Shown: piece after piece, positions 1-14,450 of the stretch
Numbering within the stretch: position 1 is the first letter of the stretch
Layout of the letters: every line of letters starts with the position of its first letter
From: Octopus sinensis
Taxonomy: Eukaryota
Reading direction: 5' to 3'
Assembly: GCF_006345805.1 (NCBI RefSeq)
Contig: NC_042999.1
Span: forward strand, 96,286,001-96,350,000
Length of the DNA stretch: 64,000 bases
Translations under genes and position numbers: made by a program
Notes under the pieces: model-generated
What the model was told of the DNA's origin: nothing
The model's input: the letters and a program-made list of their open reading frames with translations, nothing else
Databases searched by the model: none

Positions 1-1003
1 AGAAAAAATTTGTTTGTTTTTTTTAAAAACAAAAAATTGAAAGTTGGATATCTCGTTTTCCTATACTTAAATAAGAATAGCTGATTAAAGCATTGTTTGT
101 TAATGTAAGAACAAGAGAATATACTAACGTTGGACTTAGGAACAACATTAACTCGATGAGAGATCATATTTAAAGGGAAATAATTAGAATAGTAATTCGG
201 AGAGTTACTTCCCGTGTTGACCTTTTCGTTTCTTTTTTAGCATCTCTTACATAATTTTTTTATACATTTTACTCAGGAAAAAATATATTTTACATAATCC
301 CTACCCAACTATTATTATTTTCCAAAGTATTTTTCTTTCGAGCGTTATTTTAGGTCTTCTTTTCCAATGCATTAATTTTAAGTATATTTAAAATTTTTTA
401 GAATGTATTTACAAAAATTCAATATTCAGTTTCAATTTTGTTTAGCTACTTATGCAGCTCCAACTAAATTGGTTCACATTGATAACTTAATGGGTTATTT
501 TGTTAATTGATATAATTAAATTATTTCATGTGCTTCACTTTATTTGAAAGAAGGAATTATTTAAGAAAATTCTATGACTGCTATTAGTTTGACTATCTCT
601 ACACAGTGTCAACTTCTATTATCCAGCTTGGGTACATGATTTCACACATGTGTAAGTGTAAATCAGGAAGAGGAGAAATGAAGTTACTTTCAGTTAATCA
701 AATATAAACATGACATATGCTAAAGTAGTGATAAAAAACACCCTCTTTGCTAAGGACTCTGCAACCTCAATAAATAATCTTTGGGATAAACTGCCAACAG
801 ATTTGACTGAGCTTTTAAATATAGAAAAATTAAAGAATATTTTCCAAAATTTAAACATGTTTTAGTATCAAACATAGACAGAAAATTTTTCTATATAGAT
901 ATAACATTTAATAACTGATGTATATATATATATGTATACTGATAGAGCTGAGCAACATAATTTTCTTAGCTTGTTGAATAAGTCAATTGGAATTATTATC
1001 TAC

Positions 1004-1047
1004 CTCAATGCGAATGTTTGACAATGATAAATGAATCGTATATGCAA
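1004..1047 (-). CDS. Candidate short exon of an unidentified minus-strand gene
   Basis: Acceptor ...ttctttgcattccttctgcag| and donor GAG|gtagat; two CpGs in a CpG-poor region. Two frames are open; the phase-2 frame reads CIYDSFIIVKHSH* (possible terminal exon). No recognisable homology. Confidence 0.25.
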
Positions 1048-1838
1048 CTGCAGAAGGAATGCAAAGAACCATGCCTATCTAAATTCCTATACAATAAGTT
1101 ATTCTAAATTGACTATTTAGAAAAACAAAGTCTGTCTTTATTTGTAAGAGATTATTTTCATGTTTTTTTTTATCAGTATCACAAGTTTTTATTAGGGTTT
1201 TAATTTGCACATGCTTTTAAAAATTGATATGCATTGATGATATGTAGAACTATGCAGATAAATATATTTCAACAATGAATAATGAAAATAATTAGCACAG
1301 TTGATTTTAGTTTCATCTGGATACTGATGCTTTTTCTAAATGCACTAATTGCTATATAAGAATGTTTGATTTAAGCTAAAGAATCAAGCAATTTGTTGTA
1401 GTTAATTATTTTCATATTCATTGCTTTCTTTAAATTTAAGTAAATCCATAAATTCTTTCAATATCACTAATTACTTCATTGGTAGCTGGAAAGCAATCTA
1501 AAGAGAGAGAGAGGGAAGAATTCAAATGCTGTGTTGCATATAAAAGTCCAGTAGATATACATGTACCCAACTACCAACTAATATGTATATGTATATATAA
1601 GTTCCTGTACATTTATAACTATTAATATACACATAGTTTTGTTGGTATGTATATCCAGAGGGTTCTTCGATGCAGGTCACACTGTCTACATTAGATGTAC
1701 CATGTCATTTCAGAAAGTATGTCACTCGTTGCTATGATTTGGGACCTAATGACAGAAGTCTCTTCGTGCAAGGAAGGATGTTGTTTTTTTCTTCTATGAA
1801 ATAATAGCCAAATGACGACTATTATGAAATCAACTAAC

Positions 1839-1886
1839 CTTGTAAAGAAATCTAAGAGAAACCATCCATTATATTGAGGATCGTAT
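1839..1886 (-). CDS. Candidate 48-nt symmetric (phase 2-2) exon, peptide (R)YDPQYNGWFLLDFFT(R/S)
   Basis: Acceptor ttttacttccatccag|, donor AAG|gttagt, length divisible by 3, only one open frame. Protein not recognised. Confidence 0.4.
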
Positions 1887-3224
1887 CTGGATGGAAGTAA
1901 AATTTTATTGAAAAAGTTTGACATATCAAACAAAAGCACAGTTGGTTCTGTACACCATGAAATGGAACACAAACAGTATCAAATTCAGAAATAATAACTA
2001 ATAAATATGTTAAATAAATATACAAATAAAAATGCATAATTTTTCTATCAGAGTTTTAATAGGGGAAATTTAAAGGAGCTTTCACCTTAAATATTGGGTA
2101 AAATTGCAAGAAATAAAATGCATCGGCAAGTAATGATGTGATACAGATTGTTAAGATTGTTCATGAGCTCCTCATGAAATGCTGGTCATTTGGAGTTATT
2201 TATGCTACATTGCAGGAAAGAAAGTAAAACTATTGGTGGGAAAAGCCAAAGAGGGAGTATTATTTAATAAAACTCCCACAACAAAGTATAAACTTTGAAG
2301 TGATATAACTTTCTTTTTGCTAATTATTTTTATACTGGTTCAATAAAACAAATTATCATCTAAAAACATACAGGCAATAAAAAATAGCTGAAGCAATTAG
2401 TTGAAATAGTCACTGTCTGTCTCTGTATATCTATAAATACAGTTACACAGCTTGACATGACATCTATGTGGCAGGTGAATATCACACAAACATGCAAAAG
2501 GTAATGGCATGAATTCATGATGGGATCATTTGAGAGATTAATTTGCTGGGTTTTTTGTTTTTTTGGTTTTTTTCTGTGGTTTATTACTAATACAGCATGA
2601 ACATTACACCAACGCTAGGTAAAAATTAACTGCAAACTACTGACAGAAAAACATTATTTACCATCAGATATTAGATTCTGATTCAAAATGATTAAACAGA
2701 AAAAGTATAGTCAAGTAATTTAGCAAAAGATTATGATATTTCAAATGTGTTTCAATCTTATGTGAAATCTCACAGAATATCTTTGAACTGTATATCCATG
2801 AACCATTAATATTCTAAAATACCAAAGAGTATTTTTACTGTAATGTATTACCTCTCTTTATTCAGAAATCACGGAATGTATTGTTTAAAAAAAGTGTTTT
2901 GTAATCCAGCATGTCTTAACTATGTTAAGCAGTAATGTTTCTTTTCTTTAATTTTTTTTTAATGCTTGCTACCTTACCCTGCAAGTCACTGATTGTTTTC
3001 AATGTTCAATTTACTATCATCATCATCATTACCATCACCATCCATGTCGTTGTTATTCTCCTCCTTATCATTGTCATCATTTCATTTTTTTTTATCAGCA
3101 AACTTTTTATCATCATCAATTACATTAATTTCAAATATGCAAGTTTCCCTACATTATAAATATCATTAGTAAGTACTCTTTCAAGTATCTAAATAGAATT
3201 CATTTCCAAGAAATCTTTTAAACA

Positions 3225-3346
3225 TTCTCTCTCTCTCTCTTTCTCTTTCTCTCTCTCTCTCTCTTTCTCTTTCTCTTTTTCTCTCTCTCTCTCTCTCTCT
3301 CTTTCTTCCCCTCTCTCTCTCTTCTTCTCTCTCTCTCTCTCTCTCA
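3225..3346. repeat. Imperfect (CT)n polypyrimidine microsatellite
   Basis: Directly visible. Confidence 0.95.
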
Positions 3347-3807
3347 TTATTATGAGGACATTCCTGGAGAAAGAAGGTGCTGAATATTATGAGACAGCTA
3401 CAATGATTTTAATGTTGAGATTTAAATAATCAATAAGTATCCAGATTCATCCTCCCCATGCCATGAGATTAGACATTTATGGTTAACAGGAATATCCCAT
3501 ATATTTGATTCATTTATAAAAAGTTATTTAAAAAAGCTATATTACTATTTCAATATTCATTCTCCTCATTTAAAACTTAGCATTTCTAAAAAGTAAAATA
3601 GAGGAAGGGAAGCTTGTGTAATTGCAACAAAAACACAAGAAAATAACCCTTGAATTGAATTATAAATGTGTGTGTGTGTGTGTTGGCGTTGGCTTGGTTG
3701 CCTAGCCAGCAGGATGGCATCATTCAAAAGCTAAAATGATGCAAACTACATCTGATAGTCTAATCCAACATGTGAGAATGTGATATGTGCGAATGTGTGT
3801 GTATCAA

Positions 3808-3823
3808 TATATATATATATGTA

Positions 3824-3867
<44 letters not shown>

Positions 3868-3958
3868 ATATATATATATATATATATATATCTATATCTA
3901 TATATATATATATATCTATATATATACATACATACATATATTTATGTAGATATCTATT

Positions 3959-3997
<39 letters not shown>

Positions 3998-4020
3998 GTA
4001 TGCATGTGTGTGTGTGTAGA
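3808..4020. repeat. Compound (TA)n/(CT)n/(TG)n microsatellite
   Basis: Directly visible; explains ORFs 3780-4140. Confidence 0.95.
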
Positions 4021-6530
4021 TATGTTCAACATAGATATATATTGTATTTGCGTGCATATATGTATATATATTTACTCACACATCATATAGATATATATAT
4101 ATTCATATACATTTATTCATGTGTGTGTATCTATGTATAAATATATAAGACATTTGTTTCGTGTTCTTGGAGGGTTGGATATTGCAAGTTATTTGTTGTC
4201 CCTGCCCCTTGTCCGGTATTCTTAATTCAAAAGCTACCCATATCATCTTTACCTTTCACACTTTTAGTGTTGATAGAAGTTGCAGCGTTTGTGCAAAGTT
4301 TCAGAGAATACATTTCTGTTCTCTACAGCTGCAATAAATTATTGACCAAGTCAATTAAATTATTGGCACATTCTGTAGTGATCTCATCTCAGCTATCCCA
4401 TGTCAAAATAGATAATTTTAAACTTTGGATGATGATGGTGATGATGTTAATTCCATATTGCATATATGTCTACATATACATGTATTTATGTTTTTAAGTA
4501 TATAAGAGCTTTGTGATTCACTAAAAAGTTTGACCAGTTTTCAACATTTTGTCCATCAATCTTATTTTGGTTTCAAAATGTCATTGAAAAATTACATACC
4601 AAAGTTACTTAAATAAGAAATGCTCAGTACTTTTATATGTTAGTTACAAAGAATGAAGTCAGAAAACTCTTTCATTCCTGTTCAATCTCTAAATCTTTGT
4701 ATTGAAAGAATGTATTTCTTAGATTTATTTTCATACTATCTTAAATTTCATATAGCATATATTTTCAAGTTCAATATCTATATTGTCTGGTATTGTCAAA
4801 AACTGCAACAGAAGCATATACTAAATAGTTTAGAATTGTTTGAATTATTTAGTTTCTCCCAAAATGGAAAGCTGAATGTCACTTAGCATAATTTGCTGAC
4901 AAGTTTAAATGAATTAGACTTGATATGGAACTGAAGAAATTCCCTAATATCTTAAAGCAAAATATTACTCTTGCTTTAGAGGTTGAATATCTCAAACAGC
5001 TTTCTTTAAAATTATTATGTGGATATGAATACTAGCACAGGGTGTTTATTGCTAATTGGTGTAAGAATTGACCACTCATGGGCATATCTCCATGATCCCA
5101 GCTCTAAATTCAAAATTCCTTCTTATTGTATCAAGAGTAGTTAAAACAATGTTATATTTCTAGTATCAAACACAGTAAAAATCATTTTGCATGGTGGTAC
5201 AAATAATTAAGAAAAAGAGTAACAAAAGAAAGATTACAAGAGTGAGCATCACTTTTACTTTCATTTCAAAATGTTTCTGTAAGAAGGGTTATACAATAAT
5301 TTGATTGTTTATTAATTTATTAAACTACTGATACCTTTAGATTAAAGCTTGTTAATGGTTTTGGACCTTTCTAAGATATTCTCCTAAAAATAAAGTGAAA
5401 TATATAGATATATTCATAAGTCAAACTATTGTAAATAACAGTTTGTGAAGGTGGATGAACAAGACAATGACAGTTCAATTTTCTTATCAGTTGTGCATTA
5501 ATTGGCAGCATTTTTTATAAACAGTTTCCTCAGTACATTATTTACTGCAACAACTGATCATACCAACTGAAGCAATGTGACAATATCAGAAAACTTTCTA
5601 AACTTGATAAAAATTTTAATTTTTCTTTTTTATCATCATCAAGGAGGTTTCAAGTTGATAAATACAATGTAGAACATCCTTTATTGACCGACAGCTAAAA
5701 CAAAAGAAAAAAAAAGAAAAATCTGCAAAGTGTTGTATATTCAATAGGTGAATTTATATTTCATGTTGTGCAATTATATATTTGTGCAGCAATCAACAGT
5801 GTGCATATAATGTATGTGCAGTGAGTGCATGTATGTATAGCTTGTATGTTCAATCTTAGTGGAGAATAATGATTAAAATTAAGGAAGAAACACTGAAGTT
5901 ATCCTGTGATATTAGAGGTTGGGTTTCTCTTAAGTTCTTGGTTAACTTATTTCATTTGATAGTTATTCCCTATCAAAGCTTTACTGCTATCATTCTGCTG
6001 ACAGAACCTCATATTCCTATTTCTTCCAGAGAATTTTTATATTTCTCTGTTTCGATCCCTGGAAGATCAAATCTTGAAGATCATTTCATTATTGCGATTA
6101 GCTTTGTTTTCAATATTTTAACTCTCCTGGTTGAATTTTAGTTTCATAAATAGTTATTTAAGAAAGAAACCTATGTAGGTGAAATTATCTATCCGTATCA
6201 TCTGAAATATATTAAAGAAAAGTTTTGATACCAGCAGACTGAACTGGAAATTAACTTCTGTTCTTCTTTGTATTAATATTTTTATATTTTTTAAAAAAGA
6301 ATATCATATTTTCAGGAGGTATTTCGCAAATCAAAGACAAAAAAGTAATCATAATTTCCAGATGGAAACAAACTTTTAGGAAATGAATTTTTTAAAATTT
6401 ATATTAACAAATACATTGGGATAGATTGCAAAGAGTTTAACATGAGACATCATGCAGAAAATTAAGTGTTTCATTAATTGTCTTCTCTTTTTATATATAA
6501 TGTTAGTATGTATGTGTACATATACATATG

Positions 6531-6568
<38 letters not shown>

Positions 6569-7172
6569 TGTATTACAGTTTGGTGTATTTTTTCAATGAC
6601 TGCTTGACCATTAAAAATTTGCCACCAAAATCAACATCATATATTGCTAGTCTTTAGAGAACATAATTGTTTGTTCTGTTGTGTAAATTTATTTGATTTC
6701 GTGGAAAGTTTCTGGGCATGTCTACCCTTGTATGTATGTTTAAAACAATGTTACATTCCTGAATACTGACTGTACATAATTTATATGAAATATTTACCGT
6801 CAGTTTTTCATCTGTATCTGTCCCAAGTTTTCTTGCAGTAATCTTTATCTTGTTTTTCTTCTGTGTTTTCACCTGCCTTTGTCATGTTCTTTATCAAGCT
6901 ATTGATTCAGCTTTACAAATGTGGGATTCATTGCAAACCAAAATAGTTTATGTTTAATCATGGTGGGAGATGAAACAAAAACTATACTGTAGGAAATTAT
7001 TTTAAAATGACAAAATAATTACACAAACAAAATATATTACTTGAAGTAATCAAAATCTTGCTTAAAATAGATTAGCCTTTGACTTGCAACCATGACAGAA
7101 ACTGGTGATGTGTCACATTAAGTAGATGAGTGCACATCCATAGTGACATATAACTGTATGTGTATATATATG

Positions 7173-7213
<41 letters not shown>

Positions 7214-8310
7214 AAATACATATATATTTGTTCATCCCAAATAGAATGAAAATAAGCATGTCTTATTTAAGGTTTGGTTTTGTGCAATAAAATCTGTATT
7301 CAGTGTACTTCATGAGTATATTTAAGAGAAAAAAAATGAAAGCTGGCATTTTTTTAAATCTCACACTTAATATCGGTTTGCATGATCCCAATGTAATAAG
7401 ATTTGAGGTTAACATGTCTTCCCTACAAAATTTTCAGTAATACAAGAACACAAAATGATAAAAATATTTTATTTTATTTTTATTTATTATTATTATTATT
7501 ATTTTTTTTTTTTTTGCAATGTAGCATATCATGAACAACTACTATAAGGTTTTTACAAGAGGTAAAGAGTCTCAATTGTTACTCCTTTATCTTTCCTGAG
7601 TCTACTGGAACAGAGGTTCTTGCAAAAAAAAAATGCATTTGATACAAATGAAGCTACATATAAACAACTAATATAAAATAAAGCATTTTTTGAAATTCTT
7701 TGTAACACTATCATTGTGGACAAAGAAAACAATGGGTAAGAAACCCAAACTGAATTTTCATGATTTCACAAAGCCCCAGATGTTAATGCTGATACATTCC
7801 ACTAGAACTGTGATACACAAAGTCAGTTCTATTAGTTTTATTTTAAAGGAAAGTGTCTCAATTTGCAGTTGCTGGAAAGGAAAGATTTTTTTGTGACTTT
7901 TTTTTACTTAAAGTCAATGCTATGGATTTATCAGAATGTCATATTCAGCAATCACAACAAATCCAAAATATGGAAACTGATGCCAAATTTTAATTAAAAG
8001 ACCAGAAATAGAAAACTTTCTATAAAAAGGGTCAATTGTGTTGAAGAAAATGAATTATAACAATGGTGAACGTCACGAGGGTTGAAGAAACTAAAAACGA
8101 AAACACATGGAAAAAATTTGAAATGAAACAAATATTTCTAAAACTGGACAGCTAAACAATTTGAAAAAAGCAAAAAAAAAAAAAAAAAAAAATCCTAACA
8201 CCAATCAGAGTATCCATGCTTACTTCATAAGCACTCATGTACATAAACTAAAGTGGCCACATTTTTACATATTTTTCTCTTTCTTACTAATCTGTTTAAC
8301 CTTGTCTTAC

Positions 8311-8347
8311 TTGTAAGCAAATAGTTTTGTTGCTTTATATTTGGCTA
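8311..8347 (-). CDS. Candidate exon (phase 1-2), peptide AKYKATKLFAY
   Basis: Acceptor cttgttttgattgaactttcatccag|, donor CAA|gtaaga; phase-compatible with the 1886-1839 candidate. No homology recognised. Confidence 0.25.
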
Positions 8348-8473
8348 CTGGATGAAAGTTCAATCAAAACAAGAATCTATTTCAAATGTAAACATCGCTG
8401 AATCGTAAAAGATGTTTTCAAATGAAAATTTACTAGTCATTCAATTATCTCTCGCTAAAAGTATATGAATGTT

Positions 8474-8482
<9 letters not shown>

Positions 8483-8568
<86 letters not shown>

Positions 8569-8623
8569 TGTATATATATGTACGTGTGTGTGTGTATATG
8601 TATATATATATATATACACATAC

Positions 8624-8693
<70 letters not shown>

Positions 8694-8710
8694 TCTCATA
8701 CACACATATA
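8483..8710. repeat. (TA)n-dominated compound microsatellite
   Basis: Directly visible; explains ORFs 8441-8837. Confidence 0.95.
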
Positions 8711-9805
8711 TTACACCAAAGAATGTTCGGTTTTGAAAAAAAAAAAGCCTTGCTAATAACAAAAATGCTACATGGTATTGAAGTTGTTTTGTTCTTTCAG
8801 TCTTAAAGGGAACTACAGACCAAAATGCATGTCTCACAAAGTTTTTTTGTTTTTTTTATAACGGTTGTATGAAATGGAAAAAAGAATCTGTTATTCTTTA
8901 AAGGTGGGACATTTTGTATGGAAGCCGTGCTAAAAAAAATATCATATGACCCCCCTCTCTATTCTATCTCTCTCACATAAATATAATATATATATATGTG
9001 TGTGTGTGGATGTATATATATATATATATAAAACCGTACCTTTGTATGTATTTTATACTTACATGTTTATATTTGCAAGTAAATCATAGTAAAACTGCAT
9101 TAGCGAATAATGGATATGCTCACACACATGCATACATGGACACATATATACACATATATACAGGTATATTTAGGTGAGTAGATAGATAGATAGATATATA
9201 GATAGATAGATAGATAACATACATGATTATTTGTAACTATTGTATTGATGACAACAGATTTTTGATTCTCTTGTAGCACATTCTTGGTAATGTCTGCTAA
9301 TACCCATTCAAGTCTTCCTCAAATTGCAGCTAGGGTTCATAGGCTATCAAAAGAATTTTGTTTGCCTTTTTTTAATTACAGTATATGAAGAAGATATTGC
9401 AAGAAGTGTCAACTGACTAAACTTACAATACATACAAACAAACTTGTAAACTGAACATATCTACCATGTATATCCATGTGCTTATATATTTTCATTGCAT
9501 ACATACTTACACACAAGCACATACATACACACACATACCTGCATATATATATATACACACACACACACAGTGTATGTACATATGTGTGTGTGTGTGTATT
9601 ATTGTAGATATGCACAATTTCAATGTCTAACAGTGAGAATCCTCCTTACTGTCCAAGGATTCCTATCCATCTTGACTCTACTGGTCACTGTAAGTCACTG
9701 AAATTCCTAATACCAAAGAAAAAGAAAACTATTTCCCCAAAATGTCTGTCTTTCTTTGAGGTTGTCATATGGTGCAATTTAAATGCATATACAATTGTAC
9801 AAACT

Positions 9806-9841
<36 letters not shown>

Positions 9842-10915
9842 TATGTACATATGAGCATAAATACATGCATACACACATATATATATGCAAGTGTATGCCA
9901 ACACGCATACAACATGCAGCTTATTATTGTGTTATGTAAAACAACATGAATAATCTGAAATATTTCTCAAAAATTTCATTTGAATTATGTTGCTTATTTC
10001 AGTAGTTTTAATAAAGGTGGTTCTTTACTAGCAAGTCAGTCCACGTATGACATATCATTACAACAAACAACTAAACCAATCTGTATACATAACATACAAA
10101 AATAGCAAAAAAAAAAAAAAAAATTTAAAGCTCTTGAACATTGTGAATAAAAAAGAAAGATTTGAAGGTAAGTCAGGAAATTCAGGAATTCACACAAAAA
10201 AAATAACAGAAAACTGTAGAAAGAGAAGGAAGATCTTTGCAAATTGTATAAGCAGCATGGAAAGATTGGGAGGGAGTATGCATATGTATGTGAGTGCAGG
10301 GTGATGTATGTGCATGTGTCAAGCTTGCTTTCGTTTTCTGAAAGAAGCACAACAGTACAGACTTAAGATGTTGTTACATAACACCTCAGTGCTTCCACTG
10401 TTATTGTTGCCCACCATTACATTGTTTAAGCAATGCAAAATAATAATATGAGATGTTATAGACAAACACATCTACAAAACAAATGCCAAGTTGTAGAGAT
10501 ATATAAATACATATTCATATAAATACCTATATAAATGCAAAGATGTATATGTGTGTGTGAATATTATGCGTATATATATGTGTTTGTAGTTCTATATATA
10601 TGTGTATGTAGTTCTATGTATGTGTGTGCATGCTTATATATATTCATATATATATATATAAGCACACATGTACATGTATGTATTTTGTTGTAACTTTTCT
10701 GATGACCCTGCATACACAGGTGAAATTCTAGAGTAGTAAGAGACTGTCTCAACCAAACTATAATAATCTGTACTTGTACTGAGTACTTTTTCTTTCATTG
10801 GTCAATAATGTAGACTAAACAAATATATATCTGTGTGTGTGTGTGTGTATACATGCATACATACATCCATATATATATATATATAAAGTTTCTAAATTTT
10901 TATGACATAATACAT

Positions 10916-10949
<34 letters not shown>

Positions 10950-12049
10950 GCATGCATGTGTACATATATGTATGCATGAATTGGATGCATTTTATGAGAT
11001 ATTGTTGAACTACTAATCAAGAACTCATGAGTATACTCCTATGGATACAGGCATGTATATATATGGGCTAGCTAGCTCAGTAAGGAGATAAGACATTTCC
11101 TGCTGAAGTCCCAACTTTTATTTTGGATTGAGAAGGGCGAAGTCATTGAATTAGGCTAATCTGAGCAAGCTCTAGTAGATGATATTTGCATACACATTCA
11201 TGCATATACATGTGTATGTGTTTGTGTATACTTGTATATATTTGTATATGTAAGTGTGTATATATGTATATGTGTGTGTCTGTGTACATATATAAGTGCA
11301 GACACAGATGCAGCTCCATATAAATATTAACATATATGGGTGTATGCATGTGTACATATGCCAATGTGTGTGTGTGTGTGTGCATGCATATAGTACATAT
11401 TGATTCACCATGAAACGATAAATTACAGATCTTATATGTAACAGTAAAAGGCTCAAACATGTCAATTCTTCATGATTTGCATAGTAGCTCTTTCATATGA
11501 AAAGCTGAATTTGTTGCCTCTTAAGTCATCAGATGCTAGAATAGATTTGACAATATTACATGAAAGTTATCCTGAAAAGCTTATCTCAACATTTGTTAAA
11601 AATTTCATGCAAGCCTTATTTTACAAAAGTCGCTGCTATTTTAAGGTGGTATTTTCCACTCCCTTCCTGCCTTTTGTAGCAATACAAACATTTTCTGAAA
11701 TGCGTATGTATATTTGTGTGCATATATATATATGTATGTGTGTGTGTGTGTGTGTTTGTATATTACACACACATACATACAAATGCATATGCACACTCAC
11801 ATATGTGTACACACATACACATATATACATATCTCTATATACACACATCTATATATATTAGTGTATATTAACCATAGATGTATCCTACTTTGTCTCATTC
11901 TTTCTTCCTCCTTTTCTCTCTCTCTCTCTATCTATACATACATATATATATAATATAGTGAGAGAGAGATCTAAAAATACATCTGACACAAACTGTCGGC
12001 AGCCTACATTGAGAAAATTTGATTTGTATATATTTATATAAATATAGGT

Positions 12050-13170
12050 ATATTTAAACTCTAAGAGCAAGGTTCTAAAGTTGGATACAAGTATACTTTG
12101 GTGGGAAAGCAAAAATATGCTGTCTTTTGAAATTGAAGACATGATGGAAAAAAGCAAACAGGATGACTCAAAAAGTAGCAGCAGGGAGTGGACATTTGGT
12201 TGCCAGTGCATGGCAAAGAAGTAGACATGGATAGAGATAATTTCCATGCTGAAGTTGGGAGAGTGTGTGAGAGAATGATTTGTGGCAAGAAGGAAGGGTC
12301 AGGGGTGAAGCTGGAAGTAATCTTTGCAGAAAACATTCCTATCATGAAAAGTTGCAGATGCCACAATTCACAGATAAAGTGAAGGTCAGTCAGAAACTGG
12401 GAAGAGCAAGCAAGGTAAAATCAAAGATATGGGCACAGACATTTAAATGTTGAAGTGGTGCTTGAACACAAATGCATGTGTACATATTGTATGTGACCAC
12501 AAGCAATAGAATTTATTTAGCAGGCTGGCAATGTCTCAGCAAGTTTCTACAAAGAATGTAAGACAATTTGATAGGTTCATCCAGGAAACACACATACAAA
12601 GCATGTGGAGTAGGGTGGTATTACAAAACATGATGGAGGAAGGAAAACATTCCTTGAAGCTCAGAACTGCTCTGAGTGAATATGATTCATTTTTGTTCAT
12701 TACATTTCCAGGAATGTGAAGCTCTGTTGGGCATAAAGGCTGAACACTAAAGGGTGGTTAATAGCATGGTCAGTTGTCTTGAAATATAGAGCTTTAAAAA
12801 GATAGGGAATGTAATGGAGAATACAACAGAAATGATCATAGAAGAAATTGCCCAAGCAATAACAACCTGTGTCATAAAAGTAGAGGGCTTCACAGACTTT
12901 ATATGTGATACTTGCATATGATGTTAGATGTGCAGTTGAAGTTCAGAGTAACTTGGAGCCAGTAATGGCTGCGCATTTCAAAGTTCCTGTTTGAGTACTG
13001 CTAGATGCTAGGAAGCTTCTAACTAGAATCTTGCAGGAATTTTTACCTGTTTTGAAGTATAAAAAGTGTGATATCTGAAAGATTGCAGACATGGAGTCAG
13101 AGATTCAAGAGAGAAGAAAAGAGAAGTTGGTCTGTGGAAAGTTAAGGGGACTAGGATGTGCTCAGCTGGG
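12050..13170 (+). mobile_element. Probable highly decayed LINE remnant (RTE-like)
   Basis: Purine-rich, higher-GC island; faint motif QEFLPVL (~13035-13055) resembling the RELLPLL segment of RTE-type LINEs; many stops. Confidence 0.3.
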
Positions 13171-13456
13171 CTGCATACAAAACATTCTTAATTCCCTGTT
13201 TTGCAATGATTGTTTCTGCTGTACCCACTCCCTCATTAACATTATACCTTTAATCGCTTCTCTTTCTCATCGTCCAAGCAATTTTGCTTAATCTCTCTCT
13301 TAACCGCAATATCTCCCTTTATCTTTTTCTCGCAGCTGTTTTCTTCCAACTCAAAAGCAACTCAGCACACATAACCCAGTATGATTTCCTATCACTTCCA
13401 GCCTCTTTCTTTTCATTCCATCTTGTATTTTGAAAGAATGCAACTTCACTTCTCAC

Positions 13457-13490
13457 TTCCCTGAAGAAGGACCTTGTTTGAAATGTCAGA
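13457..13490 (+). ncRNA. Decayed PLE-type hammerhead-like motif
   Basis: CTGAAGAAGGACCTTGTTTGAAATGTCAG matches CUGANGA-GGAC-loop-GUCC-GAAAC-GUC if three C>T changes are reversed; stem I poor. Confidence 0.3.
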
Positions 13491-13513
13491 AACTCTTTAA
13501 TCCACAAAACTGC

Positions 13514-13568
<55 letters not shown>

Positions 13569-13627
13569 CTGCAAACATATATAGACACATGCAGACATGA
13601 TATTTGTGCAATGCATGCATATGTATG

Positions 13628-13658
<31 letters not shown>

Positions 13659-14289
13659 GTAATATATTTGTACATATGTATGTATACTTATATATACATA
13701 TATTTATACATATGCATGTATGCTTATTTATATGTGTATATATATACACACATGTATGCACATACATGTATATGTATGTACACACACACACACACATTCA
13801 CAAACATATATATAATCACTTTTACATGAAGCCTAATGCTCAGATGTATGTATTATATTTATTCTTTTGGAATGATGTTGACTATTCTGTCAATTTAAAC
13901 TGCCACCTACCATCATTGTGGTCAGTAAAGCATTAACGATGTGCATTTCGAATGCATTCATGTATCTCAAAATATTTATTTTTCAGTAAATATTTAAGAA
14001 ATATATCAGTAGTATCTCTTAATTTTAGAACCTCTCTATGCATTAATTGGACAGTCCTTTGCATATTAAAATTTGTTAGATTTACTTGAAATATATTAGA
14101 TGTAGCAGCTGGTTTAGATTTTTGTATTTTTCTAGTCTGGCATCAGGAAAACATTAGCACATTTTTTAATTAATGAAAGGAATTTGTCTTAAAATGTGAA
14201 TGTTTTGAAATTACAGGAAACCTGTCAATTTGGGTTTCTGAAGGAATGTAGAAAATCTCTGAAAATGGAATTTTGTTACTGGATTTTTG

Positions 14290-14450
14290 GAGTTAAGCCT
14301 TATGGTGTGCCTTTCTCATGCCAGAGCCTGTTGATGGTTCCTTAGAATGCTGACAAATCATCTGTCAAATGAGAAATTGGAATTTGCTGCCAACTTCATA
14401 TATGGTCTATGGACAGTGTTCCAAGGAATTGACTGGTCGTTAATGCACAG
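14290..14450 (+). mobile_element. Possible decayed L2/CR1-group RT fragment
   Basis: Broken motifs KPYGV...WFLRMLTN...SVP(Q)G in the order of the KSYGI...WFxSYLTNR...SGVPQG RT segment. Confidence 0.25.

Noticed and set aside
1852-1886. TILNIMDGFS resembling the AAA+ MDGF motif
   Set aside because: An in-frame stop follows immediately; another frame fits the splice sites better
6316-6380. RYFANQRQK after a ttttcag acceptor, like homeodomain helix 3
   Set aside because: The invariant Trp is absent, a stop follows soon, and no other helices were found
12188-12382. ORF ending MKSCRCH, reminiscent of a TGF-beta/cystine-knot C-terminus
   Set aside because: The other conserved cysteines are missing, there are no splice signals, and it lies in a probable decayed LINE
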